A DNA stretch of 64,000 bases from a virus (lineage: Duplodnaviria > Caudoviricetes), in IMG/VR virus record IMGVR_UViG_2834101283_000005, positions 7,010-71,009 of that record. One strand, 5' to 3'. Position numbers and translations under genes: made by a program. The notes beneath the pieces are model-generated. The model was not told where the DNA came from, made no database searches, and was given only the letters and a program-made list of their open reading frames with translations. Below are positions 9,245 through 19,522 of this stretch, in pieces. The number at the start of each line of letters is the position of its first letter. Position 1 is the stretch's first letter.

Positions 9245-10073
9245 GTTTTTCAAGTGTCCGAATGGCGATAAGGTTCCTGTTAAGGATTGCCTCGCAGGGT
9301 GTGACCATCGGTGCCTGACATTGCCAACGTTGATTTTTGCGTCACGGACGCGCAAATGGGACGGCAAGACATTCTCGGTTACGCAGCTTTTACAGCCAAC
9401 ATTGCAGGCCTATTTGAAGTTGACGGTACCAGAGAGTATCAGCCCTATTGATTCTTTGGTGGCAGGTTTAGGAACAGCTGGTCATGCCTTGCTTGAGAAT
9501 TGTATTCCGCAAGGTTATGTTGGGGAATTCCGAATGATTAACAATAAAGGCACAATCACGGGTCAGCCAGATTTGATTGACCTAAAAAATCGTATTCTTT
9601 ATGACTACAAATTCGTGAGCGCATTTTCCCTTGCTATGATGCTTGGGTATCACTCCGTTGGTTACTGGCACGAGTTCAAGCGTGGCCCCAAAAAAGGCAC
9701 GAAAGAATGGCGGTTTAAGTACGAACACGGCGGCAAACCCGACTACCACAACTATGACTATCAACAGAATATGTATCGGCTGCTGTTAAAGGAAAACGGA
9801 ATAACTATTGACAAAATGATTTTGCAGGTTACGGCCAAGGAGTCAGATGCTCAAATCAAGCAACTTGGTCTTGACCGCAGGACATACCTTATTGAAATTC
9901 CCAAGTACGACGATGATGCTGTCTATGCGAAATTCGACGAAGCTTACGATAAGCTAAAGACTGCATTGGACACCCAAACGATGCCACCGATGTGTGACGA
10001 CACATGGAATGGCCGTCGGTGCAGCGGATATTGTTCCGTAAATGCGCACTGCCCATATTACAAGAAAGGATAA
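9237..10073 (+). CDS. Cas4-like PD-(D/E)XK exonuclease with Cys cluster
   Basis: GTAGHALLE, ITGQPDLID...YDYKF, YQQNMY, C-terminal C...C..YC.....C. Confidence 0.8.
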   Translation: MIEFFKCPNGDKVPVKDCLAGCDHRCLTLPTLIFASRTRKWDGKTFSVTQLLQPTLQAYLKLTVPESISPIDSLVAGLGTAGHALLENCIPQGYVGEFRMINNKGTITGQPDLIDLKNRILYDYKFVSAFSLAMMLGYHSVGYWHEFKRGPKKGTKEWRFKYEHGGKPDYHNYDYQQNMYRLLLKENGITIDKMILQVTAKESDAQIKQLGLDRRTYLIEIPKYDDDAVYAKFDEAYDKLKTALDTQTMPPMCDDTWNGRRCSGYCSVNAHCPYYKKG

Positions 10074-10075
10074 TC

Positions 10076-10333
10076 ATGAAGGTTGAACTTGATAGGGAAT
10101 TTTGGCACAAGATGGCATATCTGTACAGAGAAGGATTGATAAATTATCAATGCCTTTCCTGTGATTATACATGTGGAGCAGACACTTTAGATGAATTAGT
10201 AAGCTATTTCCCGCAGCGAGTAAATGACATGTGGAATAAAATCACCAATGTGGTATACCGCCACAGGCACGAGTGTGGTTATGATTCAACCCCCGAAATT
10301 AATAAAATTCTTGATGAATGGAAGATTGAGTAA
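10076..10333 (+). CDS. Hypothetical protein
   Basis: SD AAGGA before ATG 10076. Confidence 0.55.
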   Translation: MKVELDREFWHKMAYLYREGLINYQCLSCDYTCGADTLDELVSYFPQRVNDMWNKITNVVYRHRHECGYDSTPEINKILDEWKIE

Positions 10334-10349
10334 AGAGGGTGAAAGGGAA

Positions 10350-10715
10350 ATGAATATTGTGGTTGCAGGGAGTCGTAGCTTTAACGATTACCAGCTATTG
10401 CAAAAAACTTTAAATCGCTATATTAAAAACTTACCTAAACAGCCTATTACGATTATTTCTGGTGGCGCAAAAGGCGCAGACCAATTAGGCGAGAGATACG
10501 CCAAAGAACATAAGCTTTCTATCCAGCAATTTCCCCCAGATTGGGACTTGTGGGGTAAAGCTGCTGGCCCAATCCGTAACCGTAAGATGGCTCAAGTGGC
10601 AGATGTAATTTTCGTCTTTTGGGATGGCAAGTCAAGGGGTAGTCAAAGTATGATTCAGTGCGCTAAAAACGCAAAAGTCCAGTGTTTTGTGATAAGGAGT
10701 TATGGAAATGATTGA
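10350..10715 (+). CDS. YspA/SLOG-family protein (DUF2493-like)
   Basis: IVVAGSRSFNDY...IISGGAKGADQLG...AAGPIRNRKMA...FWDGKSRGS. Confidence 0.88.
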   Translation: MNIVVAGSRSFNDYQLLQKTLNRYIKNLPKQPITIISGGAKGADQLGERYAKEHKLSIQQFPPDWDLWGKAAGPIRNRKMAQVADVIFVFWDGKSRGSQSMIQCAKNAKVQCFVIRSYGND

Positions 10716-10881
10716 GATAAAATCGGACAGCGACCTTACGTTTGTCATTGACGTGCAAAATATGCCTTCGGAATACGACAAGGCGCGGAAGATTAGCGAG
10801 GGTATTGCCGAGTTTAAATCTATTAAAAAGTCGTTAGGTGCACTTAAATGTAGCGTAGGGATTTTATATTGAGGTGATTCA

Positions 10882-11424
10882 ATGATTGTGATTAATTTTT
10901 TCGGGCCATCATGTAGCGGCAAAAGCACATTAGCCGCAGGGGTGTTTTATCGGCTCAAAAGCTTTGGTTTAAACGCCGAGGTGGCCTTGGAGTACGTCAA
11001 AGACAGCGTGTATGATGGCAACCCATATCCCTTCAAAGACCAGATTTATGTTTTTGCTCATCAGCTCAAGCGGTTGCGACAATACGAAGGGAAGGTTGAT
11101 TATGTCGTCACGGATGCACCTTTGCTACTCTCGCATTCATTTGCAGGCGACAAGGAATGCCAGGCGTTCCATGACCTGATTGACCATGAATGGAAACGAT
11201 ACAATAACGTCAATGTCTTCCTTGATTGGCATAACGTCCCTTACACATCAAGTGGCCGAAAATCAGAGCATGACAACCGAGAGAAATATGCAAAGAAAGT
11301 CAAAAAACTCCTTGACGATAGAAACGAAAAATACATCGTTGTACCGAGCGACGGTGACCTTCTTGGTATCGTTGCTTTGATAAGCGACGAAATCGAAAGG
11401 GTGGAAAAGGGGGTGGCCGAATGA
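10882..11424 (+). CDS. NadR-like/AAA_28 P-loop kinase
   Basis: INFFGPSCSGKST, EYVKD, VVTDAPLL. Confidence 0.8.
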   Translation: MIVINFFGPSCSGKSTLAAGVFYRLKSFGLNAEVALEYVKDSVYDGNPYPFKDQIYVFAHQLKRLRQYEGKVDYVVTDAPLLLSHSFAGDKECQAFHDLIDHEWKRYNNVNVFLDWHNVPYTSSGRKSEHDNREKYAKKVKKLLDDRNEKYIVVPSDGDLLGIVALISDEIERVEKGVAE

Positions 11425-11870
11425 GTTATCGAACGAATTATGTTGACGAGTTTCTACAGGACAACGGCTTGGAGTATGAGAAGTGGTTTCTCATCGATGA
11501 GTTTCCCGGCGTCCATTTCATGATTGATAGATATTATAGGCTCAACATTTCCGACCCAACGGGAACAGTAAGTGGCACACGAATAGATTTTATTTATGAC
11601 AATCTTTTAGCGGGAATCTATCGCACATCAGCCATAAATGAAGGTATGGACTATCTGCGGAAAATCATTGGTATCAAGGTTGACGAAATTTTTAATGTCG
11701 TAAATGGAGATGGAGAGCTTGTTGCTGCCGGAGGGGAACCCTCAAGATACATTATGAAAAACGATAAAATTTTTTATCTCAATGGTAAGAATACCACAAT
11801 CGCTTGGGGAGTTATGGGAAAGCTTTTAAGTGGAGAATATAGAGCCGCCAAACAGGAGGGTTGTGTATGA
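11421..11870 (+). CDS. Hypothetical protein
   Basis: Coupled ORF. Confidence 0.6.
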   Translation: MSYRTNYVDEFLQDNGLEYEKWFLIDEFPGVHFMIDRYYRLNISDPTGTVSGTRIDFIYDNLLAGIYRTSAINEGMDYLRKIIGIKVDEIFNVVNGDGELVAAGGEPSRYIMKNDKIFYLNGKNTTIAWGVMGKLLSGEYRAAKQEGCV

Positions 11871-12015
11871 AAATCAAAGAGTTGATTGAGTTGCTACAAA
11901 AGGCTGACACAGACACAAAATTGTGGGCTGAATCTATTGATGAGCGGTTTGACATCGTTGGGGTCGAGACCGTAACAGAATTGAAACACGGGGAAAAATT
12001 TACGAGGATTGTCTT

Positions 12016-12618
12016 ATGTTAATCATTGGGAAAGCCGGCAGCGGCAAAGACACATTTGCGTCCATGTTTCCGCAGCTCAAGAGATACGCATTTGGTGATG
12101 AAGTAAAGAAAATAACCAAGATTTGTCAGATTGACGGGGCTAAGGCTGCCCATGATTACGTGCTTGCCAAGACCGGCATTTTGGATTCCGCCGTATATCC
12201 TATTTTGGAGTATGCAGCGGCGCACCACGAAGGTGGCAAACAGAGGCATATCCTGCAGGTGGTCGGCCAGGGCTTCCGTAACATTGAACCAAATTTCTGG
12301 GTTAATCTGGTTATCGGCAAAATAGCGGCAGACGGAAACCCACCGCATATCATTACAGATTGCCGTTATCGGAATGAATTCGACGCCTTCAAGGATGAAA
12401 TTTCAGTCTTCCTTTACGCGTCCCGCAAGACTCGCCTACGCAGACTCAAGGCAAGGGACGGTACGGTTTCATGGAAAGACTTGTCTCATCGGTCCGAGAC
12501 AGAAATTAACGAATTTTGCGACCTCTGCACGTATCGTATCGACAACAGCCGAGACAGCTTGCAAGAGCTGCGCCACAAAGCCGAGGCGATTATGCGCAAA
12601 GAAGGCGAGCTGTATTAG
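12016..12618 (+). CDS. Deoxynucleoside monophosphate kinase
   Basis: IIGKAGSGKDT, R..LQ.VG, FWVN, IITDCRYRNE, HRSETE. Confidence 0.85.
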   Translation: MLIIGKAGSGKDTFASMFPQLKRYAFGDEVKKITKICQIDGAKAAHDYVLAKTGILDSAVYPILEYAAAHHEGGKQRHILQVVGQGFRNIEPNFWVNLVIGKIAADGNPPHIITDCRYRNEFDAFKDEISVFLYASRKTRLRRLKARDGTVSWKDLSHRSETEINEFCDLCTYRIDNSRDSLQELRHKAEAIMRKEGELY

Positions 12619-12919
12619 ACGTAAGCCAAACGGTTCCCTTCCGGGATGGAATGAAGTCCGCATGGTTGTTTGGAACCGTGACAAGTGGTGTGTCATTTGC
12701 GGAAAACGCGGCGAAGAAGTCCATCATGTGACGTTTCGCTCGCAAGGCGGTAAAGACGTGTCGGACAATTTGGTGCTACTTTGTAGGAATTGTCACAAGG
12801 CAATCCATAACGACTATGCGACAGCTGATATGAATCGCCGAGGAATTCACAATAAGACAGAAGCCACGGAATATTTACGTCGGTATATAAAGAATAAATT
12901 ATGGAGGTGTTCGATTTAG
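12614..12919 (+). CDS. HNH endonuclease (true start uncertain, possibly ATT 12614)
   Basis: RD..CVICG....EVHH..FRSQGG....NLVLLC..CH..IH. Confidence 0.85.
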   Translation: MRRKPNGSLPGWNEVRMVVWNRDKWCVICGKRGEEVHHVTFRSQGGKDVSDNLVLLCRNCHKAIHNDYATADMNRRGIHNKTEATEYLRRYIKNKLWRCSI

Positions 12920-13140
12920 TGACGGTAAATTTACGGCCAAGAAAGCGAGACAAAACCAAAAAGGGAGCCGCCAAAATCGCTGATTTGGTAGCATGTGCTG
13001 CATCGGGTTTATTCCTTTGCGTTGTTGGTTTAGTTTTGTTGCTGATTGGTCTTGTTGTTCAGGTTTTGCCGATTGCGATTGTTGTCGGCGTGGTTTGTTT
13101 AATCATCAAGTGCTGTTTCTTTGGTGGCCTGCCGTGGTAA
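12901..13140 (+). CDS. Small membrane protein
   Basis: Long hydrophobic stretch. Confidence 0.5.
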   Translation: MEVFDLVTVNLRPRKRDKTKKGAAKIADLVACAASGLFLCVVGLVLLLIGLVVQVLPIAIVVGVVCLIIKCCFFGGLPW

Positions 13141-13484
13141 ATAGCAAAGCCAAGGGCAAAAGAGCAGAACTTGCCATTGCCCATTATTTTCAGGGACATG
13201 GGTTCCCTGATGCTCACCGAACGGCTCAAGTTATGGGCAAGACTGGCGGTTGCGCTGACGTAGAAGGTGTTCCGGGAATCCACATCGAGGTCAAGCATAA
13301 CGAACACTTGAATCTTTATGATGCGATTGACCAAGCGGTTCGTGACAGCGAAGCCAATGGGAACGGGAATGTCCCTACGGTCTTCCACAAGAAGAACGGT
13401 AAAGAATGGCTTGTGACAATGCGCCTTGATGATTGGTTCGGATTATATGAACGATGGAAAGGTGATAGTACCAATGCACAGTAA
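13134..13484 (+). CDS. Hjc-like Holliday junction resolvase (PD-(D/E)XK)
   Basis: NSKAKGKRAE...ADV...IHIEVKH; GTG start at 13134. Confidence 0.8.
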   Translation: MVNSKAKGKRAELAIAHYFQGHGFPDAHRTAQVMGKTGGCADVEGVPGIHIEVKHNEHLNLYDAIDQAVRDSEANGNGNVPTVFHKKNGKEWLVTMRLDDWFGLYERWKGDSTNAQ

Positions 13485-13777
13485 AGCATTGACCCTTGGG
13501 AGCCTGTTTGACGGCTTGGGTGGGTGGCAAATTGCTGCCGTAAGGGCAAACGTTACGCCACTCTGGTCAAGTGAAATAGAAAAATTTCCCTTGACGTTGA
13601 CTAAGATTAGGTTTCCAGAGACGGAGCAGTTGGGCGACATTACAAAGATTGACGGGAGCCAAATTGAGCCGGTTGATATTTTGACTATGGGAAGCCCATG
13701 CCAAAATTTGTCCGTTTCAGGCAACAGGAAGGGATTGAACGGTAACGAATCGTGTTTATTTAGAGAGGGGATTAGAA

Positions 13778-14202
13778 TTGCAAGAGAAATGCGTAAGGCA
13801 ACCAACGGGGTGTATCCCAGATACATTGTTTGGGAAAATGTTCCCGGAGCCTTCTCCACTAACAAAGGGGCTGACTTTAGAGCTGTGCTGGAAGAAATCA
13901 CAGAAACCGAAATTCCAATGCCTCGTAGCGGGAAATGGGCAACAGCTGGACTGGTTAGAAGCCCTGAGTGTACAGTCGGATGGCGAACATTGGACGCCCA
14001 GTATTGGGGAGTCGCCCAACGTCGCCGTAGAATCTTCCTTGTCGCAGATTATCGTGACGGGGGGGGGGCTGCGTTGAGGAAATACTTTTTAAGCCCGAAA
14101 GCCTGTCAGGGAATCCTGCGCCGAGCCAAGACGAAAGGGAAAACGTTGCCGGACATCCTGACAAAAGCTTTGGAATCGCAAGCTGCGACCCTTGGTGTAT
14201 AG
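13778..14202 (+). pseudogene. Overlapping alternative-frame protein (M.EcoHK31I beta-like), broken by the same G10 tract
   Basis: LFGKMFPE...GESPNVAVESSLSQI before the tract joins RKYFLSPKACQGILRRAKTKGKTLP after it when one G is added. Confidence 0.65.
14059..14068 (+). repeat. G10 homopolymer tract
   Basis: GAC-GGGGGGGGGG-CT. Confidence 0.95.
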
Positions 14203-14799
14203 CCGGTAACATAATCGGTCGCAATGACTGCAACGGCGGCAATCAACTAGGTGTTCAAAAGGATAAAAGCTACACTTTAACGACACAGGATAGGCATGCT
14301 GTTGTTTATGACATGGGGCATCCTTGTGACGTTATCAGGGAATTTCGGCGCGTGTCTCCTACATTATTGAGTGCTATGGGAACACACGGGAATAGAGTGC
14401 CTTTGGTTCTAAATGACCAAGGCGGAGAATCTATAGGGGTTAGCCATGGGGTTACAGCCACTCTCAGGGCAAGCGAACATGGTCATCAACCAGTTATCGT
14501 CCAGGCTGATTCGTTTAGCAGTTTTAGCGATACTGGCGTGGCAAGTTCACTCAAAGCCAGCGGCGGTGTCCTTGGGGGAGGCTCAGAAAACCTTGTCACA
14601 GGGAATGAGGAAGTTTGCCCAGTGGTGCGCAAGCTAACTCCCTTGGAATGTGAGCGGCTACAGGGGCTACCAGATAATTGGACACTGATTGACGATAAAA
14701 GTTGCAGCGATTCGGCTCGATATAAAGCTATTGGGAACGGCATGGCACAACCTTGTGCAGACTTTATTATTGCCAGAATCGCAGAAGTAGAAAGGAAAT

Positions 14800-15318
14800 A
14801 TGAAGGAAATTAAAAGGAGCAATGTTCCTTGTTGGGGAAATGAGCAGAATCCCTTCCATGTCAACGAAATGGACGATACGATTTCACAAGTCAATTCGAT
14901 TGACACGAGTATTGCAGAAGTTAATTCGTTGCCGTGGACGTGGAAGCCTGACCCAAGTCTAACACCCACAGAACTTATTGATTCGTGGAAGAATTTCCAA
15001 ACCACTCTTAATGGAGCAGTAGAGAAACAGAAAAAGGAACAAGCGGCTAAGAAGACAGAAAGACTAAAAGAAAGGAAAGTGTTAGGGATGAACAAAAGCA
15101 GTGTCGAGTACGCAAATAAATTGAAACGATTTTTGAAGTATAAAGAGTACGATAAAGACACGCTGAAGCTGCTTGGAGTTATTGCAACTCGTAGCAGTGA
15201 AAAGCATACGAAATTGGATAGCGAAATTAAGAATGCCATTGTTGAGCTTGAATGTAGGCTTAACGACAGCACATGGCTCGTTAATCAAGCAAGAATGATT
15301 GGGAAGGGGATTCACTAA
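14800..15318 (+). CDS. Hypothetical protein
   Basis: Operonic ORF with SD. Confidence 0.6.
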   Translation: MKEIKRSNVPCWGNEQNPFHVNEMDDTISQVNSIDTSIAEVNSLPWTWKPDPSLTPTELIDSWKNFQTTLNGAVEKQKKEQAAKKTERLKERKVLGMNKSSVEYANKLKRFLKYKEYDKDTLKLLGVIATRSSEKHTKLDSEIKNAIVELECRLNDSTWLVNQARMIGKGIH

Positions 15319-15792
15319 ATGGCAGTGGCAAGAAAGACAGAAACAACCAATGAAACTGAACCGATTGAAGTCAAGGTAAAGCTCTTGCGGGATGGCGCAC
15401 AGATGCCCGTAAAGAAGGATGGCGACGCGGCTTTTGATTTCTTTGCCGCTGAGGATATCCGCATTTCCCCAAGATGTGCAGGCGTCCCGGTTCCTACGGG
15501 CGTTGCCATTGAAATGCCTAAAGGGTATTACATGGAACTGTTCATGCGGTCGTCTTACGGAGCCAAGAAGCAGCTGCGGTTGAGCAACTGCGTGGGAGTT
15601 ATTGACAATTCTTACCGTGGCGAAATCAAAGGTTTATTTGACAACCATAGCGTAGAAACTGACTTTATCCGCAAGGGTGAACGGTTCATGCAGGGGATTA
15701 TCAAAAAGGAAACCCCTGCGAATCTGGTCTTGGTTGATAAGTTATCGGAAACAGACCGTGGCGACGGTGGCTTTGGGAGCACCGGTAAGTAG
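15319..15792 (+). CDS. dut: Trimeric dUTPase
   Basis: AAFDF, MRSS, GVIDNSYRGEI, RGDGGFGSTG. Confidence 0.95.
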   Translation: MAVARKTETTNETEPIEVKVKLLRDGAQMPVKKDGDAAFDFFAAEDIRISPRCAGVPVPTGVAIEMPKGYYMELFMRSSYGAKKQLRLSNCVGVIDNSYRGEIKGLFDNHSVETDFIRKGERFMQGIIKKETPANLVLVDKLSETDRGDGGFGSTGK

Positions 15793-16328
15793 TGTACGGC
15801 ATTATTTATGCTGACCCACCGTGGCCTATCACGATGGCAAATCCTAGGAACTCAAAGAAAAATCTCATCCCTGAGCTACCATATAAAACCATGAGCGTTG
15901 ATGATTGCTTTGCGGCGATTGACCCATTTCTGCAACAGGCGAACGATAAGCACAACGTTTTCATCTGGGCGGTCGATAAGTTCTTGTGGGATGCTGAACA
16001 GCAAATGAAAAATCGTGGCTACAAGTTGCACGCTCGTATGATTTGGGACAAGGGCAATGGGTTCCCGGCGGCGTTTACCATAAGGCCAAGTCATGAATAT
16101 TTGCTATGGTTTTACAAGCCGGGGCATTTGCTAAAACCTCGGAAGGAAGTCCAAGGCAAGTACACAACGGTCTTTTATGAGCCAAGTACGGTCCATAGCA
16201 AGAAACCCATTGCCGCATATAAAATGCTTGAAGATATGTTCCCAGATGTGACCAAAATCGAGCTGTTCGCAAGGAACACTCGTGATGGTTGGCAGTCTTG
16301 GGGTAACGAAGTAGGGAAGTACAATTAG
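15792..16328 (+). CDS. MT-A70-family adenine methyltransferase
   Basis: IIYADPPW, IWDK, HSKKP, IELFAR. Confidence 0.9.
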   Translation: MYGIIYADPPWPITMANPRNSKKNLIPELPYKTMSVDDCFAAIDPFLQQANDKHNVFIWAVDKFLWDAEQQMKNRGYKLHARMIWDKGNGFPAAFTIRPSHEYLLWFYKPGHLLKPRKEVQGKYTTVFYEPSTVHSKKPIAAYKMLEDMFPDVTKIELFARNTRDGWQSWGNEVGKYN

Positions 16329-16337
16329 GAGGGTATC

Positions 16338-16685
16338 ATGTACAAAGATAAAGATTTTGCAAGTTGGGCAGCCGAAGATTTTCTGGAAGCTTATGATGAT
16401 GGATATGAATTTAATGAAGACAAGATTCGCCAGTTAGCATGGGGCGACATTGGCTTTGGGGAAATGATTACACAAGAAGAAGGTGACAGCGGACGTTGGG
16501 AACGGTACATGACGACAATTCTTAAAATTAAAGATAGATACTTTGCCGTAGGGTGGGAATCTGGTCTTACGGAATGCCAAGAAAATTACTACGATGGTCC
16601 GGTATATGAGGTTAAGCAGGTCAAGAAAATGGTTGAGATTACCGAATGGGTTGGGGTAAAAGCAGATGCCGAACATGAAGATTAA
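16338..16685 (+). CDS. Hypothetical acidic protein
   Basis: SD GGAGG; operonic. Confidence 0.65.
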   Translation: MYKDKDFASWAAEDFLEAYDDGYEFNEDKIRQLAWGDIGFGEMITQEEGDSGRWERYMTTILKIKDRYFAVGWESGLTECQENYYDGPVYEVKQVKKMVEITEWVGVKADAEHED

Positions 16686-16926
16686 ATATTTCCCTTATAA
16701 TGTCTGCGCTACGGAAATCCGATGCGACATCATAGATGGCCGTGTCTATAATGTCGAATTTGATGGCGGCTGCGCAGGAAACCATTTTGGGATTGCACGA
16801 TTGGTTGAAGGGATGAAGGTCGAAGATGTTATCCATAAGCTCAGTGGTGTTCGTTGTGGTAGCAGAAAGACATCCTGCCCCGACCAGTTAGCGGAGGCAT
16901 TGATAGAGCGATATGGGGAAGTTTAA
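16666..16926 (+). CDS. TSCPD-domain protein (TIGR03905-like)
   Basis: VCA.EI...FDGGC.GN...L.G..CG...TSCPDQLA. Confidence 0.9.
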   Translation: MPNMKIKYFPYNVCATEIRCDIIDGRVYNVEFDGGCAGNHFGIARLVEGMKVEDVIHKLSGVRCGSRKTSCPDQLAEALIERYGEV

Positions 16927-17416
16927 GCTACCTGTCGTTTCCGAAGGGGTTACGCTGACCGAAATCCCGAAACATTTGGCGGTATACTTTGAGATTGGCA
17001 ACTGTACCCTTCATTGCAAAGGGTGTCATAGCAAGCATCTGTGGGACTCGATGAAGGGTGACTGCACAGATTCGTTAGATGATATCATGTATTACATCGA
17101 CAGATATTATGAGACAGGAGCCAATGCGATTTTGTTTATGGGTGGTCTTCGTAGTTCCAATGTGCCGCCATTAAAGTTTATAACCTGTATTTTGCGCCCG
17201 TTGTATGAAAAAGGGTATGACATTGGTCTGTATGATGGCGGCGAGTGGGACGGATGGATAGAAAAGGCTTCCCGGTATTGTAAATGGGTCAAGGTAGGGC
17301 CTTATATTGAGAAATTAGGAGGCCTTGACAATTCCACAACAAATCAGCGGTTTTACGAAAAGATTGACGGAAAATTCGTGGACAAGACTGCCGATTATTT
17401 CCAGAAGGGAGAATAA
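16913..17416 (+). CDS. nrdG: Anaerobic RNR activase (radical SAM)
   Basis: CTLHCKGCHS; adjacent to nrdD. Confidence 0.9.
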   Translation: MGKFKLPVVSEGVTLTEIPKHLAVYFEIGNCTLHCKGCHSKHLWDSMKGDCTDSLDDIMYYIDRYYETGANAILFMGGLRSSNVPPLKFITCILRPLYEKGYDIGLYDGGEWDGWIEKASRYCKWVKVGPYIEKLGGLDNSTTNQRFYEKIDGKFVDKTADYFQKGE

Positions 17417-17418
17417 AC

Positions 17419-17700
17419 TTGGTTATTACGAAATATTACATCGCAAATTGTTTCCATTGCAAGCATATTGAACAAACATTTGCGGATTTAAAGAAACAGT
17501 TTGAGTGCGAACAAATTAAATTCCGTGAAGTGTTCGTTGCCGGCGAATCTGATTTGACCCGCAAATTGAAGCTTCACATCTTTCCGGCGGTTATTATTAC
17601 AGATAATGAAGGCAACACATTAGAAAGAGTAGAAGGTGTGATTCTTCCTAAAGAATTGAAAAAGATGGTAGAAGGGGCGGTTCGTTCAGTTAATGACTAA
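17419..17700 (+). CDS. Thioredoxin/glutaredoxin-like protein
   Basis: CFHC motif, FPAVII. Confidence 0.75.
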   Translation: MVITKYYIANCFHCKHIEQTFADLKKQFECEQIKFREVFVAGESDLTRKLKLHIFPAVIITDNEGNTLERVEGVILPKELKKMVEGAVRSVND

Positions 17701-19519
17701 CAAAAAACAATACTTCAACTGGCTCACAGCAGACCAGATTCAAAAGAAAATTGATTTTATCAAGTTTTATGTGGGACAGGAAAATAACGCATCGGCGTCT
17801 TTGGTTGACCCAAATTCCAATGTGTCCGAAAAGAATATGGGGACGTTGGTTTCGGAAATGTACAAATTCGAGAACATTCAGGTTAGCCGAAAAATCATTC
17901 AAGATAAGCTGCGGGAATTGTTTGGTGACGACCTTGCAGAGCAGTACAACAAAGACATTGAGTCTCATCTTTTATACTGTCACGATGAGACTTTAGCGGC
18001 GTTCCTTCCGTATTGTGCAAGTGTTACCATGTACCCCTTCCTTTTGGGCGGTACAAAATGTATCGGCGGCACTAGTAAAGCCCCTACAAATCTTCAAAGT
18101 TTCTGTGGTTCCTTTGTCAATTTGGTATACCAGTTGGCGACAAATTGGGCTGGAGCCACGGCGACGGTCGAGTTCCTTATGTACTTTGATTATTTCGCAC
18201 GTAAAGAATACGGAAATGATTACCTTGTGACTAACCCGAAAGAAATTGCTCAAGAATTTCAAGGTGTCGTGTATGCGTTAAACCAACCGGCGGCAGCACG
18301 AGGCAACCAATCTGTGTTTTGGAACATCAGTGTATTCGATAAATTTTATTTCGATTCTATTTTTGGCGGGTTTAAATTCCCCGATGGAGACGAACCAAAC
18401 TACGACAACCTTGCAGCCTTGCAAAAGTTTTTCATGGATTGGTTCCGAGAAGAACGAAAGAAAGAGCTTCTAACGTACCCGGTCTTGACAGCGGCTATTT
18501 TAGTAGATGAAGAGGGAAACCCTCGCGACGATGATTTCGTCGAGTTCTTGGCTGACGAAATGTCGAAAGGTTTAAGTTTCTTCCTCTATGAGTCCAAGAG
18601 TGCCGACTCGCTTGCGTCGTGTTGCCGGTTGCGTAACGAATTGGCCGACAACGAATTTTCGTACACTTTGGGCGCAGGTGGGGTAAGCACTGGTTCTTTC
18701 CGGGTCATCACGGTCAATATGAATCGGTATGTCCAGATGTACGAAAAAGATTTACCATTTAGTGGCCTGATTGAGCGAATTCATAAATACCTTGTGGCTC
18801 ACCGGGAGGTTATCAAATGGTATGTCGGTAAAGGCATGCTTCCGGCTTACACTGCCCAGTTTATTAATTTGGACACCCAGTTTGGCACCATTGGTATCAA
18901 CGGCATGTTAGAAGCTATGGAGTTTAAGGGCTATTCTCCTACAAAAGATATGGATGCTTACCAAAATGCTGTGGCTACGTATCTCAAAGTTATCTACGAT
19001 TCCAACAGTAAAGACCGCATTAAGTACGGATTCCGATTTAACACAGAATTTGTCCCCGCCGAGGGATTGGGTGTTAAAAATGCCCAGTGGGACAAACATG
19101 ACGGCTTAGTGGTGCCGAGAGACTGCTACAATAGCTATTTCTTCCCTGTAGAAGATAACTCACTGAACATTTTGGATAAACTGATTCTTCATAGCAACAA
19201 GACCACACAATACCTTGATGGTGGTAGTGCATGTCACCTCAATATTGCCCAGTTGCTCAGCAAAGAACAGGCATTACAGCTTATCAAGGTAGCTGGCATA
19301 TTGAACGTGAACTACTGGACATATAATTGCCTAGTTACGATTTGCAATGATTGTGGTTACATCAACGTCAACACCGAAGACCATTGTATCAAGTGTGGCT
19401 CCAAGAATGTTGATTATGGCACGAGAGTTATTGGCTACTTAAAGAGAATTAGTTCCTACTCCAAGGAACGTATGATGGAAGCCTCTAAACGTTTCTATGT
19501 AAAAGTAAAGAAGGAGTAG
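17693..19519 (+). CDS. nrdD: Class III anaerobic ribonucleoside-triphosphate reductase
   Basis: HD..PYC, SCCRL, FVPAEGLG, CNDC/CIKC, RVIGYL. Confidence 0.95.
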   Translation: MTNKKQYFNWLTADQIQKKIDFIKFYVGQENNASASLVDPNSNVSEKNMGTLVSEMYKFENIQVSRKIIQDKLRELFGDDLAEQYNKDIESHLLYCHDETLAAFLPYCASVTMYPFLLGGTKCIGGTSKAPTNLQSFCGSFVNLVYQLATNWAGATATVEFLMYFDYFARKEYGNDYLVTNPKEIAQEFQGVVYALNQPAAARGNQSVFWNISVFDKFYFDSIFGGFKFPDGDEPNYDNLAALQKFFMDWFREERKKELLTYPVLTAAILVDEEGNPRDDDFVEFLADEMSKGLSFFLYESKSADSLASCCRLRNELADNEFSYTLGAGGVSTGSFRVITVNMNRYVQMYEKDLPFSGLIERIHKYLVAHREVIKWYVGKGMLPAYTAQFINLDTQFGTIGINGMLEAMEFKGYSPTKDMDAYQNAVATYLKVIYDSNSKDRIKYGFRFNTEFVPAEGLGVKNAQWDKHDGLVVPRDCYNSYFFPVEDNSLNILDKLILHSNKTTQYLDGGSACHLNIAQLLSKEQALQLIKVAGILNVNYWTYNCLVTICNDCGYINVNTEDHCIKCGSKNVDYGTRVIGYLKRISSYSKERMMEASKRFYVKVKKE

Positions 19520-19522
19520 GCT

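Larger units (their letters stand above)
13426..14813 (+). pseudogene. C5-cytosine DNA methyltransferase, frameshifted at a G10 tract (phase OFF as assembled)
   Basis: Motifs I (SLFDGLGG), IV (GSPCQ), VI (ENVPG) and VIII (QRRRRIF) are in 13426-14058. After the tract the -1 frame continues EEILFKPESLSGN... into 14313-14813, which has motifs IX/X (RKLTPLECERLQGLPDNWT; RYKAIGNGM). Confidence 0.85.

Noticed and set aside
9237-10073. CRISPR-associated Cas4
   Set aside because: No cas operon or array is present; Cas4-like exonucleases are common stand-alone phage recombination proteins.
17693-19519. Intein or intron in nrdD (also checked helicase, TerL, portal, MCP)
   Set aside because: These ORFs are continuous and of normal length with no splicing motifs.
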